DNA of 64,000 nucleotides from Nitrospirota bacterium (GTDB taxonomy: Bacteria > Nitrospirota > Nitrospiria > JACQBW01): assembly GCA_016178585.1 (NCBI GenBank), contig JACOTA010000013.1, forward strand, positions 3,183 to 67,182, in the 5' to 3' direction. Position numbers and translations under genes: made by a program. Of the stretch, positions 22,633 to 31,402 are shown one piece after another; within the stretch, counting starts at the first letter, position 1, and each line of letters starts with the position of its first letter. The notes beneath the pieces are model-generated. The model did not search any database and was not told the origin of the DNA. It saw only the letters and a program-made list of their open reading frames with translations.

Positions 22633-24528
22633 TTCTTCTATGACTTGAAAAAATTTTTCTTTCTCCCGATAAAGTTCGGGATCGGCCAGCATCGCGGTTA
22701 ATTCCTCAATCCGTTTGTTCTTCTGGTCCAAAACCTTTTCCAGCTCTGCCATCTGGTTTTTTTTGGAATGGTTTTTTTGAAACCGATTATTTCTTAATTC
22801 GGCTTCCAGCCGTTTCTCTTCTTTGGTTTTTCGGGAAGACCGGTTCGCGTTGTCGCCGGTTTTAAGCATCGCCCCCGGTTCTCTTATTCCGGGCGAAGCC
22901 TCGCCCACGCCATTTTGACCGGCGGCCTGAAGTTCTTTTTTGTGGAGGTAATAATCATAATCTCCAACAAAGACCTCCACCTTTCCATTAGAAACTTCTA
23001 TGATTTTGTTCGCGACGGCCCGGATCAGGTGCCGATCATGGGTAATAAGGCAATAAGTTCCTGAATATTCTTTTAAGGATTCTTCAAGGACATTCATCGA
23101 TTGAATGTCAAGATGATTGGTTGGCTCATCCAAAAGCAAAAAGTTAGCAGGTTTCACCAGCATTTTGGCTAAAGCCAAACGGCTTTTTTCACCACCGCTT
23201 AAAACGGAAACTTTTTTGAAAACATCATCGCCAGTAAATAAAAACGATCCTAAAATCCCCCGCAAAAATGACACCGGTTCCATCGGGGCCACCGTGAGTA
23301 TTTCTTCCAAAATTTGGTTTTTTGGGTTTAAAAGTTCCAGCTGATGCTGGGCATAATAAGCGGTCTGGACATGGTGGCCTAACACCCGCTCTCCTTTTTG
23401 AAACGGCGTCGCCCCGGCCAAAAGCTTTAAAAGCGTCGATTTTCCCGCGCCGTTTGGACCCACAAATGCCACTTTGTCTCCTCGTTGAAGCGTTAAATTA
23501 AGACAGGGATAAATAACATTTTGGTCATACCGCTTTTCAATGTCTTTTAATTCAATGACCACTTCTCCCGACCGAATCGGTTGAGGAAATTTAAATCTCA
23601 CCTTCTTTCGTTCAGAGGCAAGCTCGATCTTGTCCATTTTTTCAAGCATTTTAACCCGGCTTTGAACCTGGCTTGCCTTACTTGCCTTTGCGCGAAACCG
23701 CTCTATAAATTTTTCAGTATCCTCTATCTTTTTTTGCTGGTTTTGATAGGCCGAAAGAAGGATCTCCTTGGCCAGCGCCTTTGCCTTTTCATACTGGTCG
23801 TAATTTCCGGTATATTCGGTGAGTTTTTTTTGATCGGCCTCAACGACTTTTGTCACAAGATTGTTCATGAAATTCCGGTCATGGGAGATTAACACGATCG
23901 AACCCTCATATTTCCTTAGGAAACCTTCAAGCCAGAGGACCGATTCCAGATCCAAATGGTTGGTCGGTTCGTCCAAAAGAAGCAGATCAGGGCCCGAAAG
24001 CAAAAGTTTAGCCAGGGCCAGCCGCATCAGCCACCCTCCGCTGAATTCCTCGGTCTTTCGATTTAAATCTCGTTCTTTAAAACTTAAACCAAATAAAATC
24101 TTCTTCGCTTCCGTCTCTAAATTGTAGCCCCCCATATTTTCAAACCTGGTTTGAAGCTCGCCATAATATTGAATTAATTTTTCAAGCTCGTCAGGGTTCG
24201 TTGTTTCTGAAATTTCTGTTTCTAAAACTTTAAGGTGGTGCTCCAAATTTTGTGCATCGCTCGAAACCGTTAACAACTCTTCCAGGACGGTTTTTCCCTT
24301 GAAATAAGTGATGTCCTGGGGAAGATATCCAATGACCGCTTTTTTGTTTCTAACGATGGTCCCGGAGTCAGGCGGTATCATCTCGGCAATCATCAGCATT
24401 AAGGTAGACTTGCCTGCTCCGTTAGGACCAATTAAAGCAATTTTATCCTGCGGCCCTATCCGGAAAGAAATATCGGCAAAAAGGGTTCTACTACCAAAAC
24501 TTTTACAAATATTATTAAGTGAAATCAA
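22618..24528 (-). CDS. ABC-F family ATPase (Uup-like, two NBDs plus C-terminal coiled coil)
   Basis: Two Walker A motifs GPNGAGKST and two ABC signatures ([24 protein letters not shown]). Charged coiled-coil tail. The last four codons and the stop lie inside a 137-bp repeat. Confidence 0.85.
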   Translation of the reverse strand: MISLNNICKSFGSRTLFADISFRIGPQDKIALIGPNGAGKSTLMLMIAEMIPPDSGTIVRNKKAVIGYLPQDITYFKGKTVLEELLTVSSDAQNLEHHLKVLETEISETTNPDELEKLIQYYGELQTRFENMGGYNLETEAKKILFGLSFKERDLNRKTEEFSGGWLMRLALAKLLLSGPDLLLLDEPTNHLDLESVLWLEGFLRKYEGSIVLISHDRNFMNNLVTKVVEADQKKLTEYTGNYDQYEKAKALAKEILLSAYQNQQKKIEDTEKFIERFRAKASKASQVQSRVKMLEKMDKIELASERKKVRFKFPQPIRSGEVVIELKDIEKRYDQNVIYPCLNLTLQRGDKVAFVGPNGAGKSTLLKLLAGATPFQKGERVLGHHVQTAYYAQHQLELLNPKNQILEEILTVAPMEPVSFLRGILGSFLFTGDDVFKKVSVLSGGEKSRLALAKMLVKPANFLLLDEPTNHLDIQSMNVLEESLKEYSGTYCLITHDRHLIRAVANKIIEVSNGKVEVFVGDYDYYLHKKELQAAGQNGVGEASPGIREPGAMLKTGDNANRSSRKTKEEKRLEAELRNNRFQKNHSKKNQMAELEKVLDQKNKRIEELTAMLADPELYREKEKFFQVIEEQEQS

Positions 24529-24705
24529 TTACGTACTCCATTTTTTTCCGCTGTTTATCAGATATCCCGTCCTTTTAAAAATCACCTTTTCTGCGAAAAG
24601 GCAGGCAAATTATCTTTTTCGTTAACAGGGTCCTTCTTAAACATCATGATTTTAATAAATGGTATTCTTTTTTGTTAAGCGACGGTTTATGACATGTATC
24701 AAGCC

Positions 24706-24842
24706 CAAGAACAGAGTTAGAAAGCTGTCATTGCGAACAAAGTGAAGCAATCTCAAGACTTTACGATAAGATTGCCACGCACCCTTCGGTGCTCGCAATG
24801 ACATGATTAATAAGTGGGTGCGAAGTCTATCGCTGGTCTTGG
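24706..24842 (+). repeat. 137-bp element, copy B
   Basis: Identical to RC of copy A. Nested hairpins (GTCATTGCGA...TCGCAATGAC; GCAATCT...AGATTGC; cUUCGg). Confidence 0.9.
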
Positions 24843-24876
24843 CAACAACCAACCCACAGAAAGAAATTAGGATTCC

Positions 24877-25221
24877 TTGATGGAAAGCAAACCGATTTCA
24901 ACAGAGACAGACCTGCGCTGGGGAACCCGAATCCCCTTCAACCAGGAAGTGCTCGTCAACTATAAAACGTTTGGATTGATAAAGGATATCAGCATTTCCG
25001 GATGTTTTATCGAAATCAAAAAAATTTTTGGTTTGGGCCAGGATGTCGTTCTTCGTTTTAATCTTATTTCCTCGCGGAAAACTTTCATACAAACCAAAGC
25101 CAGGGTGGTCAGTATCCGACCGGGTCAGGGAATTGGTGTTAAATTTTCTTTCGATGGCGAGGAATTTCCCAAAATCATTCAACAATTTATCGACCAAATT
25201 CTTAACGACAAAAAAACATAA
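24877..25221 (+). CDS. PilZ-domain protein (c-di-GMP receptor)
   Basis: RxxxR motif (RWGTR) and DxSxxG motif (DISISG). Confidence 0.7.
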   Translation: MMESKPISTETDLRWGTRIPFNQEVLVNYKTFGLIKDISISGCFIEIKKIFGLGQDVVLRFNLISSRKTFIQTKARVVSIRPGQGIGVKFSFDGEEFPKIIQQFIDQILNDKKT

Positions 25222-25273
25222 CCCCCTTTAATCAACTCTTTTCATCCAACCGCAAATATGCTATTTTCTGGTT

Positions 25274-26341
25274 ATGGCTGGAAATAGTTTTGGAACACAC
25301 TTTAAGATAACCACCTTCGGGGAGAGTCATGGCGCAGGTTTGGGCGTGATCCTGGACGGATGTCCCGCGGGAATCGGCGTCGATCCTGCTGATATTCAAA
25401 AGGAATTAGATCGCCGCAAACCTGGCCAAAGCCTCATGACGACACAAAGACAGGAATCGGATAAGGTCCAAATCCTCAGCGGGGTTTTTGAGGGGAAAAC
25501 AACCGGCACCCCGATTGCCATGGTCATTTACAATGAAGACCAGAAATCCAAAGATTACACCGCCATAAAGGACCTTTTTCGTCCGGGACATGCGGATTTC
25601 ACCTACCAGAAAAAATATGGAATAAGAGATTACCGGGGTGGCGGTCGGTCTTCGGCGAGAGAAACCGTTGCCAGGGTTGCCTCAGGCGCAATCGCAAAAA
25701 TAATGCTTGCCTCCGCCGGAATTAAAATTATCGGTTACCTCAAGCAGTTAGGGCCGGTAAAAATCAATAAAATTGAATACGATCAAATTAACCGGAACCC
25801 ATTTTTTTGTCCGGATGCTGAAACAGCCAAAGAAATGGCCCGCTATCTCGAAAAGATCAAAGCCGAAAAAGACTCGATTGGAGCGTTAGTTGAGGTCATC
25901 GCAACGGGAGTCTCCCCTGGGTTGGGAGAACCGGTTTTTGATAAGCTCGACGCTGATCTGGCCAAAGCCATGATGTCGATTAACGCGGTTAAAGGAGTTG
26001 AAATTGGGGATGGATTCCGAGTGGTCGAGCTTAAAGGGAGTGAAAATTGCGACCCGATCACGCCCAAGGGATTTAAAACCAATCATGCCGGCGGGATCCT
26101 CGGAGGAATTTCCAATGGCGATACGGTGATTGTCCGCCTGGCGTTAAAACCCACCTCTTCGATCGCCCGGGAGCAGGATACCATTGACCTGAATAACAGC
26201 CCTGCTAAAATCTCCACCAGGGGCCGCCATGACCCGTGCGTGGGAATCCGGGCGGTACCCATTGCCGAGGCCATGATGGCCTTAACGCTTGCCGACCATT
26301 GGTTAAGAGCCAAGCTCTCCCGAATCGATCAACTCCTTTAA
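25274..26341 (+). CDS. aroC: Chorismate synthase
   Basis: Motifs FGESHG and GRSSARET. Confidence 0.9.
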   Translation: MAGNSFGTHFKITTFGESHGAGLGVILDGCPAGIGVDPADIQKELDRRKPGQSLMTTQRQESDKVQILSGVFEGKTTGTPIAMVIYNEDQKSKDYTAIKDLFRPGHADFTYQKKYGIRDYRGGGRSSARETVARVASGAIAKIMLASAGIKIIGYLKQLGPVKINKIEYDQINRNPFFCPDAETAKEMARYLEKIKAEKDSIGALVEVIATGVSPGLGEPVFDKLDADLAKAMMSINAVKGVEIGDGFRVVELKGSENCDPITPKGFKTNHAGGILGGISNGDTVIVRLALKPTSSIAREQDTIDLNNSPAKISTRGRHDPCVGIRAVPIAEAMMALTLADHWLRAKLSRIDQLL

Positions 26342-26367
26342 AGGAATTCTTCATTCCCAGGTAATCC

Positions 26368-27492
26368 TTAAATACTATCAATTTTTTGGCCGTAACGTTT
26401 TATCTGCCATTGGCGCAAAAGACCCGACTCGGATAGTCGTTCAGGACTATGGATATCCCGGGAGGTAATTGATCTCAAAACATCCGTCGAAATAATCATG
26501 GCCGGCTCCACACCCTCTTCGACCGCCTGCGCATCCCGCCATTTCTTTAACTCGGTAAATCGCTTTTCCTGGGCAGGGGTCGGAGGCGCTCCTCCTTTTT
26601 TAACTTTTAAAGGAAGGGGTTCATGGCTTTTTTCTCCGAGCGAAAGGGTTTTGAGCCAAAAAACGGGGTTTCGAAAAACGGAAGCGGTTTGTCTGGGAAA
26701 AAGAACCTTAAGCTCTTCAAGGGAATGCGGAGGTTGTTTGGCTAAAAGAAATAAATCCTCATTCGAAATAACCTTAAAGGGGGGACGGTCTAAATCTTTA
26801 GCCTGTTGTTCCCGTGCGATAACCAGTTCCCTTAAAATTTTTTGAGAACCCTCGGGTAAATTTTTTGCTCCCTTAATTTTAAAATATTTTTCAGACGAAA
26901 ATTCCTTCTCTTCCCAAACCCTCTCCTGTAACAGAAAACATTCCTCCTGGATTTGGTCTTGCCTCCCCTTTTTTTCCACTTCCGCAACAAGCCGTTCGTA
27001 TAACCCCGCAAGAAACGAAGTATCTTTATAGGCGTATTCGAGCTGGTCCGTTGAAATGGGGCGTTTTGACCAGTTGGCTTTCTGATGGGTTTTCACAAGT
27101 GCGATATTAAAATAAAGGGAGACCAGGTTTTGAAGAGAAAAGGCCTTAATTCCAACCGCACGGGCCGCCAGGACCGTGTCAAAAATCGTTAATATCGTGA
27201 AACCAAAGTCGCGTTTAAGCGAAATCAAATCATACTCGGCCCCATGAAAAATTTTGACGATCTTTTCGTTCTTGAACAACGACGAAAGCGGTTCTATCGT
27301 ATCGAGGAGAAGCGGATCAAAGATAAAATTTTCTTCTCCGCCGGAGATTTGAACAAGGCAAACTTTGTCCTGATAATGATAAAGAGAATCTCCTTCGATA
27401 TCGACCCCGATCACAGGGTGGGAAGAAAGACGCAAAATCGCTTCATCCCGCTCTTCGGGAAGCGTAATATAACGGTAAGGCAAGGCTGTCAT
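26368..27492 (-). CDS. rnd: Ribonuclease D (DEDDy 3'-5' exonuclease + HRDC)
   Basis: 374 aa with a 3'-5' exonuclease domain and a C-terminal HRDC-like region. Confidence 0.75.
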   Translation of the reverse strand: MTALPYRYITLPEERDEAILRLSSHPVIGVDIEGDSLYHYQDKVCLVQISGGEENFIFDPLLLDTIEPLSSLFKNEKIVKIFHGAEYDLISLKRDFGFTILTIFDTVLAARAVGIKAFSLQNLVSLYFNIALVKTHQKANWSKRPISTDQLEYAYKDTSFLAGLYERLVAEVEKKGRQDQIQEECFLLQERVWEEKEFSSEKYFKIKGAKNLPEGSQKILRELVIAREQQAKDLDRPPFKVISNEDLFLLAKQPPHSLEELKVLFPRQTASVFRNPVFWLKTLSLGEKSHEPLPLKVKKGGAPPTPAQEKRFTELKKWRDAQAVEEGVEPAMIISTDVLRSITSRDIHSPERLSESGLLRQWQIKRYGQKIDSI

Positions 27493-27564
27493 TTTTTCAT
27501 TTTATCACGAAATATCAATCACATGTGCAAAAAATAAGATTGTCTATTTTTTTAAAATGAGGGG

Positions 27565-27594
27565 TTTACCTCAACACTTTTTCCATGCTATTAT
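27565..27594 (+). promoter_or_regulatory. Putative sigma70 promoter (TTTACC-18-TATTAT) for the 27670 gene
   Basis: Hexamer match and spacing only. Confidence 0.3.
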
Positions 27595-27669
27595 CCTCTT
27601 AAGATTATTTTAAATCCGCCGATTAAATTTTAAAGGTTTAATTTTCATTTAATTCAGTAAGGAGAAAAA

Positions 27670-28269
27670 ATGCCGACACAAGCACAATACAAGGTTGTCC
27701 ATGGTCCGGAGGGGATTCTTCCTCCCGCCGCCGCGTACATGGGAGTTCTTCTCCCTGAAGAAGGAGAAGGATTGCTCGAAGGAGCGATTGTTAGCGAAGA
27801 TAAGGCAATGGAAGCCGCCGCTATCGCCATGTTAACCCGGAAAAATCCAACGCTTTTTCCCGGTCCGCTGGTTGTCTGGGGATGGACTTCTCATACCAAT
27901 GAAAAAGCAAAGGTGGTTTTAGAAATCGCTCATGAAATTCCAGGGGTCCGGATTATCCCGATGCCCGATTATCGCCCCATTTATCCAAAGATCGATCCTG
28001 AAGCGGTGATTAATCCCTGCCATCCGAACCTGACCATCTGGCATAATAAGATTCAAGCCTGTGTTTTCATCGGCGTTCATTGCCATTATGCCAATGTGAC
28101 CCTTAAGATCATTCGCGGCGGAACCAATTGTTACACCATCGCTCTCTGTGCGGAAGCAGGGCATGAAGACGCGATGTCCTCCGTCCCCAATTGCGATATA
28201 GACAAATTAGTTAAATTCCGTGATACCTTAAGGCGGGTTAAAAAGAATGGTGTAAAACCTTTTATATGA
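27670..28269 (+). CDS. Hypothetical protein, possibly CdhB (CODH/ACS epsilon)-like Rossmann fold
   Basis: 199 aa with a good RBS (AAGGAGAAAAAATG). Weak recollected resemblance to CdhB-type proteins (AIAMLTRKNPTLFPGPLVV, ACVFIGVHCHYANVTL). No partner cdh genes are present. Confidence 0.3.
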   Translation: MPTQAQYKVVHGPEGILPPAAAYMGVLLPEEGEGLLEGAIVSEDKAMEAAAIAMLTRKNPTLFPGPLVVWGWTSHTNEKAKVVLEIAHEIPGVRIIPMPDYRPIYPKIDPEAVINPCHPNLTIWHNKIQACVFIGVHCHYANVTLKIIRGGTNCYTIALCAEAGHEDAMSSVPNCDIDKLVKFRDTLRRVKKNGVKPFI

Positions 28270-28428
28270 AGGAAAAGGGATTATCCCCTCCTCTGCCTAT
28301 CAAAAAGCGCGATTGACGGGTGAAGATTATAACCCTGCAGTTGAAGACCATGCGCCTGGGTTCGCCCATGATCTTGAAAAAGGGTTGGACGAAAACGAAG
28401 AATAAATATAAATAAGAAGATAAAAAAA

Positions 28429-28457
28429 GGGGAGGCCAAAAGCCTCCCTTTTTTATT
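28429..28457 (+). terminator. Rho-independent terminator (GGGAGGC-CAAAA-GCCTCCC + T6)
   Basis: 7-bp GC stem followed by TTTTTTATT. Confidence 0.55.
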
Positions 28458-28806
28458 GTGCGCCCGGCAGGGCGCACAATTTAAAAACTTGAAATCACAG
28501 ATTGTGACTTCAAGTTGGGGTGGACTGCGCCGGGCCGCCCCCTACGCCTTCACTGAGCAAGGCGTGGCTATGCTTTCAAGTGTATTGCACAGCGAGCGCG
28601 CGATTCAGGTGAATATCGCCATCATGCGGACTTTTGTCCGCCTTAAAGAAATGATAACCACCCACAAAGACCTGGCCCGCAAGCTCGATGCGCTTGAGAA
28701 GAAATATGACCAACAGTTTGCGGTAGTTTTCGAGGCTATCCGGCAATTAATGACACCTTCAAAGAGCAAATTAACTCCTATCGGGTTTCGGACGAAGAAA
28801 AAATGA
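28456..28806 (+). pseudogene. ORF6N-domain protein, 5'-truncated remnant
   Basis: [53 protein letters not shown] matches the C-terminal half of ORF6N mobile-element proteins. The N-terminal half is absent, and the reading frame begins inside a palindrome. Confidence 0.55.
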
Positions 28807-28876
28807 AACTCTTTTTCTCGCTGAATGTCAGGGAAGGAAAATCGGTTTATTTCGGTTTAAATCCGAGAGAAAAAAC

Positions 28877-29146
28877 ATGAAAATCAATAAGCGCATTGTA
28901 TCCTTTTTGCTTTTTATCGCTATTCTTTGTTCGGTTCCGGCTTGGGCTGGACAGGGATGGTATCTGATGTACCCACCTTTAAAATCACAAGACCCTGATA
29001 GCTATTTATTTTATCAATTTGATTCTGAAGCCCCTCTAACAAAGTGGGAACATGTTGAGTCATTTGAGCGTGTTGAAGATTGTAAGCGTTATAAAGGTTC
29101 CGATATGGATATGGTAAACCATGAAATTGATTGCTTCATGGCATAG
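28877..29146 (+). CDS. Small secreted protein (signal peptide, two Cys)
   Basis: 89 aa. N-terminus KRIVSFLLFIAILCSVPAWA. Confidence 0.45.
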   Translation: MKINKRIVSFLLFIAILCSVPAWAGQGWYLMYPPLKSQDPDSYLFYQFDSEAPLTKWEHVESFERVEDCKRYKGSDMDMVNHEIDCFMA

Positions 29147-29592
29147 GAAACGCAGGGCAAGGATGGTATTTGATGGAGCCACCGATAGGGTCTGGCACAA
29201 CTCCGGAGGGAGGTACTATTTACTTCAGATTGAATAGTTGGATGACTTCCCCCTGGGTGTTCCCCGGAGTAAAACCCTCAATGCGGAGGGATGCTCAGAA
29301 TTTCTACAATCGGGTTTTCATTCCGGCTCTGGAGGGGGACGAAGCCAAGAAGGAGGCCAAAATTGAGGGAGTCGTGTGGCACTCACTCAGGCATACATTC
29401 GCTAGCCGGTTAGTCATGGCAGGGGTGGATTTAAGGACGGTCCAGGAGTTAATGGGACACAAGACGATAGAAATGACCCTGAGATATTCCCATTTAAGTC
29501 AAAGCCATCTAAACGAGGCAGTTTTAAGACTGGACCAAAAGAAGGTTCAGGAGCCGAAACCGGAGCAAACTCCAGTTCCAACCGCCACCTAA
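29131..29592 (+). pseudogene. Tyrosine recombinase (phage integrase) C-terminal fragment, chimeric
   Basis: The reading frame holds only the catalytic tail (HSLRHTFASRL...LMGHKTIEMTLRYSHL; R, H-x-x-R and Y present). N-terminal and core-binding domains are missing. The 5' portion repeats the AGQGWYLM segment of the upstream small gene. Confidence 0.65.
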
Positions 29593-29651
29593 ACCGCCAC
29601 CTGGTAAAAGAGGGAGATATTAAAAACACTCTAACCTATTGAAAAATAAAG

Positions 29652-29725
29652 TGCGCCTGGAGGGAATTGAACCCCCGACCTACAGATTCGGAATCTGCCA
29701 CTCTATCCAACTGAGCTACAGGCGC
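29652..29725 (-). tRNA. tRNA-Arg (anticodon CCG)
   Basis: Manual cloverleaf: 7-bp acceptor GCGCCTG/CAGGCGC, D arm, anticodon stem GCAGA/TCTGT with loop TTCCGAA, T loop TTCAATT, discriminator A. No encoded CCA. Confidence 0.85.
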
Positions 29726-29843
29726 ATTCAAGAAAAGTCATTTTAACAAAACTAATCCAGAAACTCTAATACCTTCAAAAACAATAAATCAAAACCTTAT
29801 CGACATTGCGGAACCATGTCGAGAGCAAGCTTGGTGACTCGCA

Positions 29844-29862
29844 CCAACTGAGCTACAGGCGC
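29844..29862 (-). other. tRNA-Arg 5' fragment (positions 1-19) within a diverged tandem copy of the tRNA upstream region
   Basis: CCAACTGAGCTACAGGCGC is identical to 29707-29725. About 78 bp of upstream flank is also duplicated at roughly 80% identity. Confidence 0.7.
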
Positions 29863-29958
29863 ATTATAGAAAAGTCTATTTTAACAGAACGAATCGAAAA
29901 ACTCTAATGCCCTTAAAAACAATAAATAAAAACCTTTTTAAAAAGTATTATAAAGGAT

Positions 29959-31167
29959 TTATTTGGGTTGGACAACCGCTTTGCTTCTCTGGCTTTTGAT
30001 TAAAAAGACGATGGCCATGATAAAGGCCAGACCCATAGTCAGCCCCGCGAAAATATAGGGGGTGTCGATTCCGTATCGGTCATAAACAAATCCGCCAGAC
30101 ATTGGACCCAATATTCGGGCCAGACTTCCCATCGCTTGCGAAACGCCCATTGTCGCTCCCACAAAATGAGGATCCGTATGTTGTGAAATCAAGCTCGTAA
30201 TTGAAGGATTGTTGATTCCCAGACCAAATGAAAGAACAACCAGTACAACAAGAAGATAATAAAGGTTGGGCGCGAAAGGGATCAAGATAAGCCCTAAAAT
30301 CATCATAAAAGTTCCGGCGACCACCAACCTTTTCTCGCCAAATTTTTTAACCAGATGACCGATTAGCCCCCCTTGCATAATCGCCATTAAAATTCCAATG
30401 AAGCCAAAAACATATCCCGTTTCGACCGAGCTGAAATGATATTTTTGTTCCGCGAAAAGGGCAAAAGTAGCTTCCAGGGTCGAAAAGGAAAAGGTGATGA
30501 TAAACATTAAGAAAACAAGAATGCCTAAAAGAGGAAATGAAAAAGTCTTTTTAATACTCTCGAGACTAAGACTCCTTTTCTCTCCAATCATTTCGGGTTT
30601 AAGGGTTTCCGGCAGGCTAAAAAGAGCAAAAAAGAAGTTGATGCCGCAAATAGCCGATGCTAAAAACGCCGGAATTCGGTAACCAAAGTGACTGAAATAC
30701 CCTCCAAACAGCGGTCCTAGAACAAATCCCAGACCAAATGCCGCTCCGATAAGACCCATCCCTTTCGCCCGGTTTGCCGCCGTCGTCGAATCGGAAATAT
30801 AAGCCTGGCTGGTCGATATATTGGCCGCAAAAATTCCCGCAAAAAACCTCGATATAAATAAAACCGCGAGAGAATCGGCAAGACCAAAAATAAGATAGGA
30901 AATGGAGGATCCAACCAGGCTCATTAGAATAATCGGTCTTCTCCCTTTCAGATCTGAAATGCGCCCCCAGATGGGCGAAAAAATTAACTGCATGAAAGAA
31001 TAGGAAGACATTAAAAGGCCTACCGTTAGCCCGGTCGCGCCATATTTTTCGGCATAAAAGGGTAATACGGGGATGACAATCCCGAATCCGAGGAGATCAA
31101 TAAAAACAGTAACGAAAATAATAACGAGTGGAGATTTTTTCAAGCGCCCGATTCCTTCCCTAACCAT
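29959..31167 (-). CDS. MFS transporter
   Basis: 402 aa with 12 predicted TM segments and an MFS loop motif (GRISDLKGRRP). Confidence 0.8.
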   Translation of the reverse strand: MVREGIGRLKKSPLVIIFVTVFIDLLGFGIVIPVLPFYAEKYGATGLTVGLLMSSYSFMQLIFSPIWGRISDLKGRRPIILMSLVGSSISYLIFGLADSLAVLFISRFFAGIFAANISTSQAYISDSTTAANRAKGMGLIGAAFGLGFVLGPLFGGYFSHFGYRIPAFLASAICGINFFFALFSLPETLKPEMIGEKRSLSLESIKKTFSFPLLGILVFLMFIITFSFSTLEATFALFAEQKYHFSSVETGYVFGFIGILMAIMQGGLIGHLVKKFGEKRLVVAGTFMMILGLILIPFAPNLYYLLVVLVVLSFGLGINNPSITSLISQHTDPHFVGATMGVSQAMGSLARILGPMSGGFVYDRYGIDTPYIFAGLTMGLAFIMAIVFLIKSQRSKAVVQPK

Positions 31168-31286
31168 TTTTTTATTGAGGTGAGCGATACATCCACAAAC
31201 GGTTAAATATAAGGTAATTCATGGGTAGAGTAAAGAAAATTGTGGAAACACCTTGATCTGATTTTGCGCCTGCCTTATGATGTAAG

Positions 31287-31396
31287 TGAAGCATCTGGCT
31301 CTGCCAGTGACGGACTTGGGAATGGTCGTAGTGAGACCGAGCGTAACGCGGGGTTCGGGGGCATTGAGAGTGAAGTGCTCGAAGGCCTCCTGAATA
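31287..31396 (+). repeat. F1 element, copy 4 (inverted on the chromosome; precedes the + strand radical SAM gene)
   Basis: Reverse complement of the consensus. Contains one 32-bp CGGTCT..GTC sub-module. Confidence 0.8.
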
Positions 31397-31402
31397 TAAT
31401 AA

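Noticed and set aside
24652-24852. 66-aa minus-strand ORF, plus 105-aa and 99-aa ORFs around 24308-25197.
   Set aside because: They lie inside, or antisense to, the 137-bp repeat, the PilZ gene or the ABC-F gene. There are no RBSs, and the composition is dictated by the repeat and the opposite-strand genes.
28262-28477. 71-aa minus-strand ORF.
   Set aside because: It spans an intrinsic terminator and a palindrome between two + strand genes. Hydrophobic, low-complexity translation.
28270-29650. An intact prophage or integrative element.
   Set aside because: Only about 1.2 kb of gene fragments remain (truncated ORF6N, integrase tail). There are no structural, replication or excisionase genes, so this is a decayed remnant.
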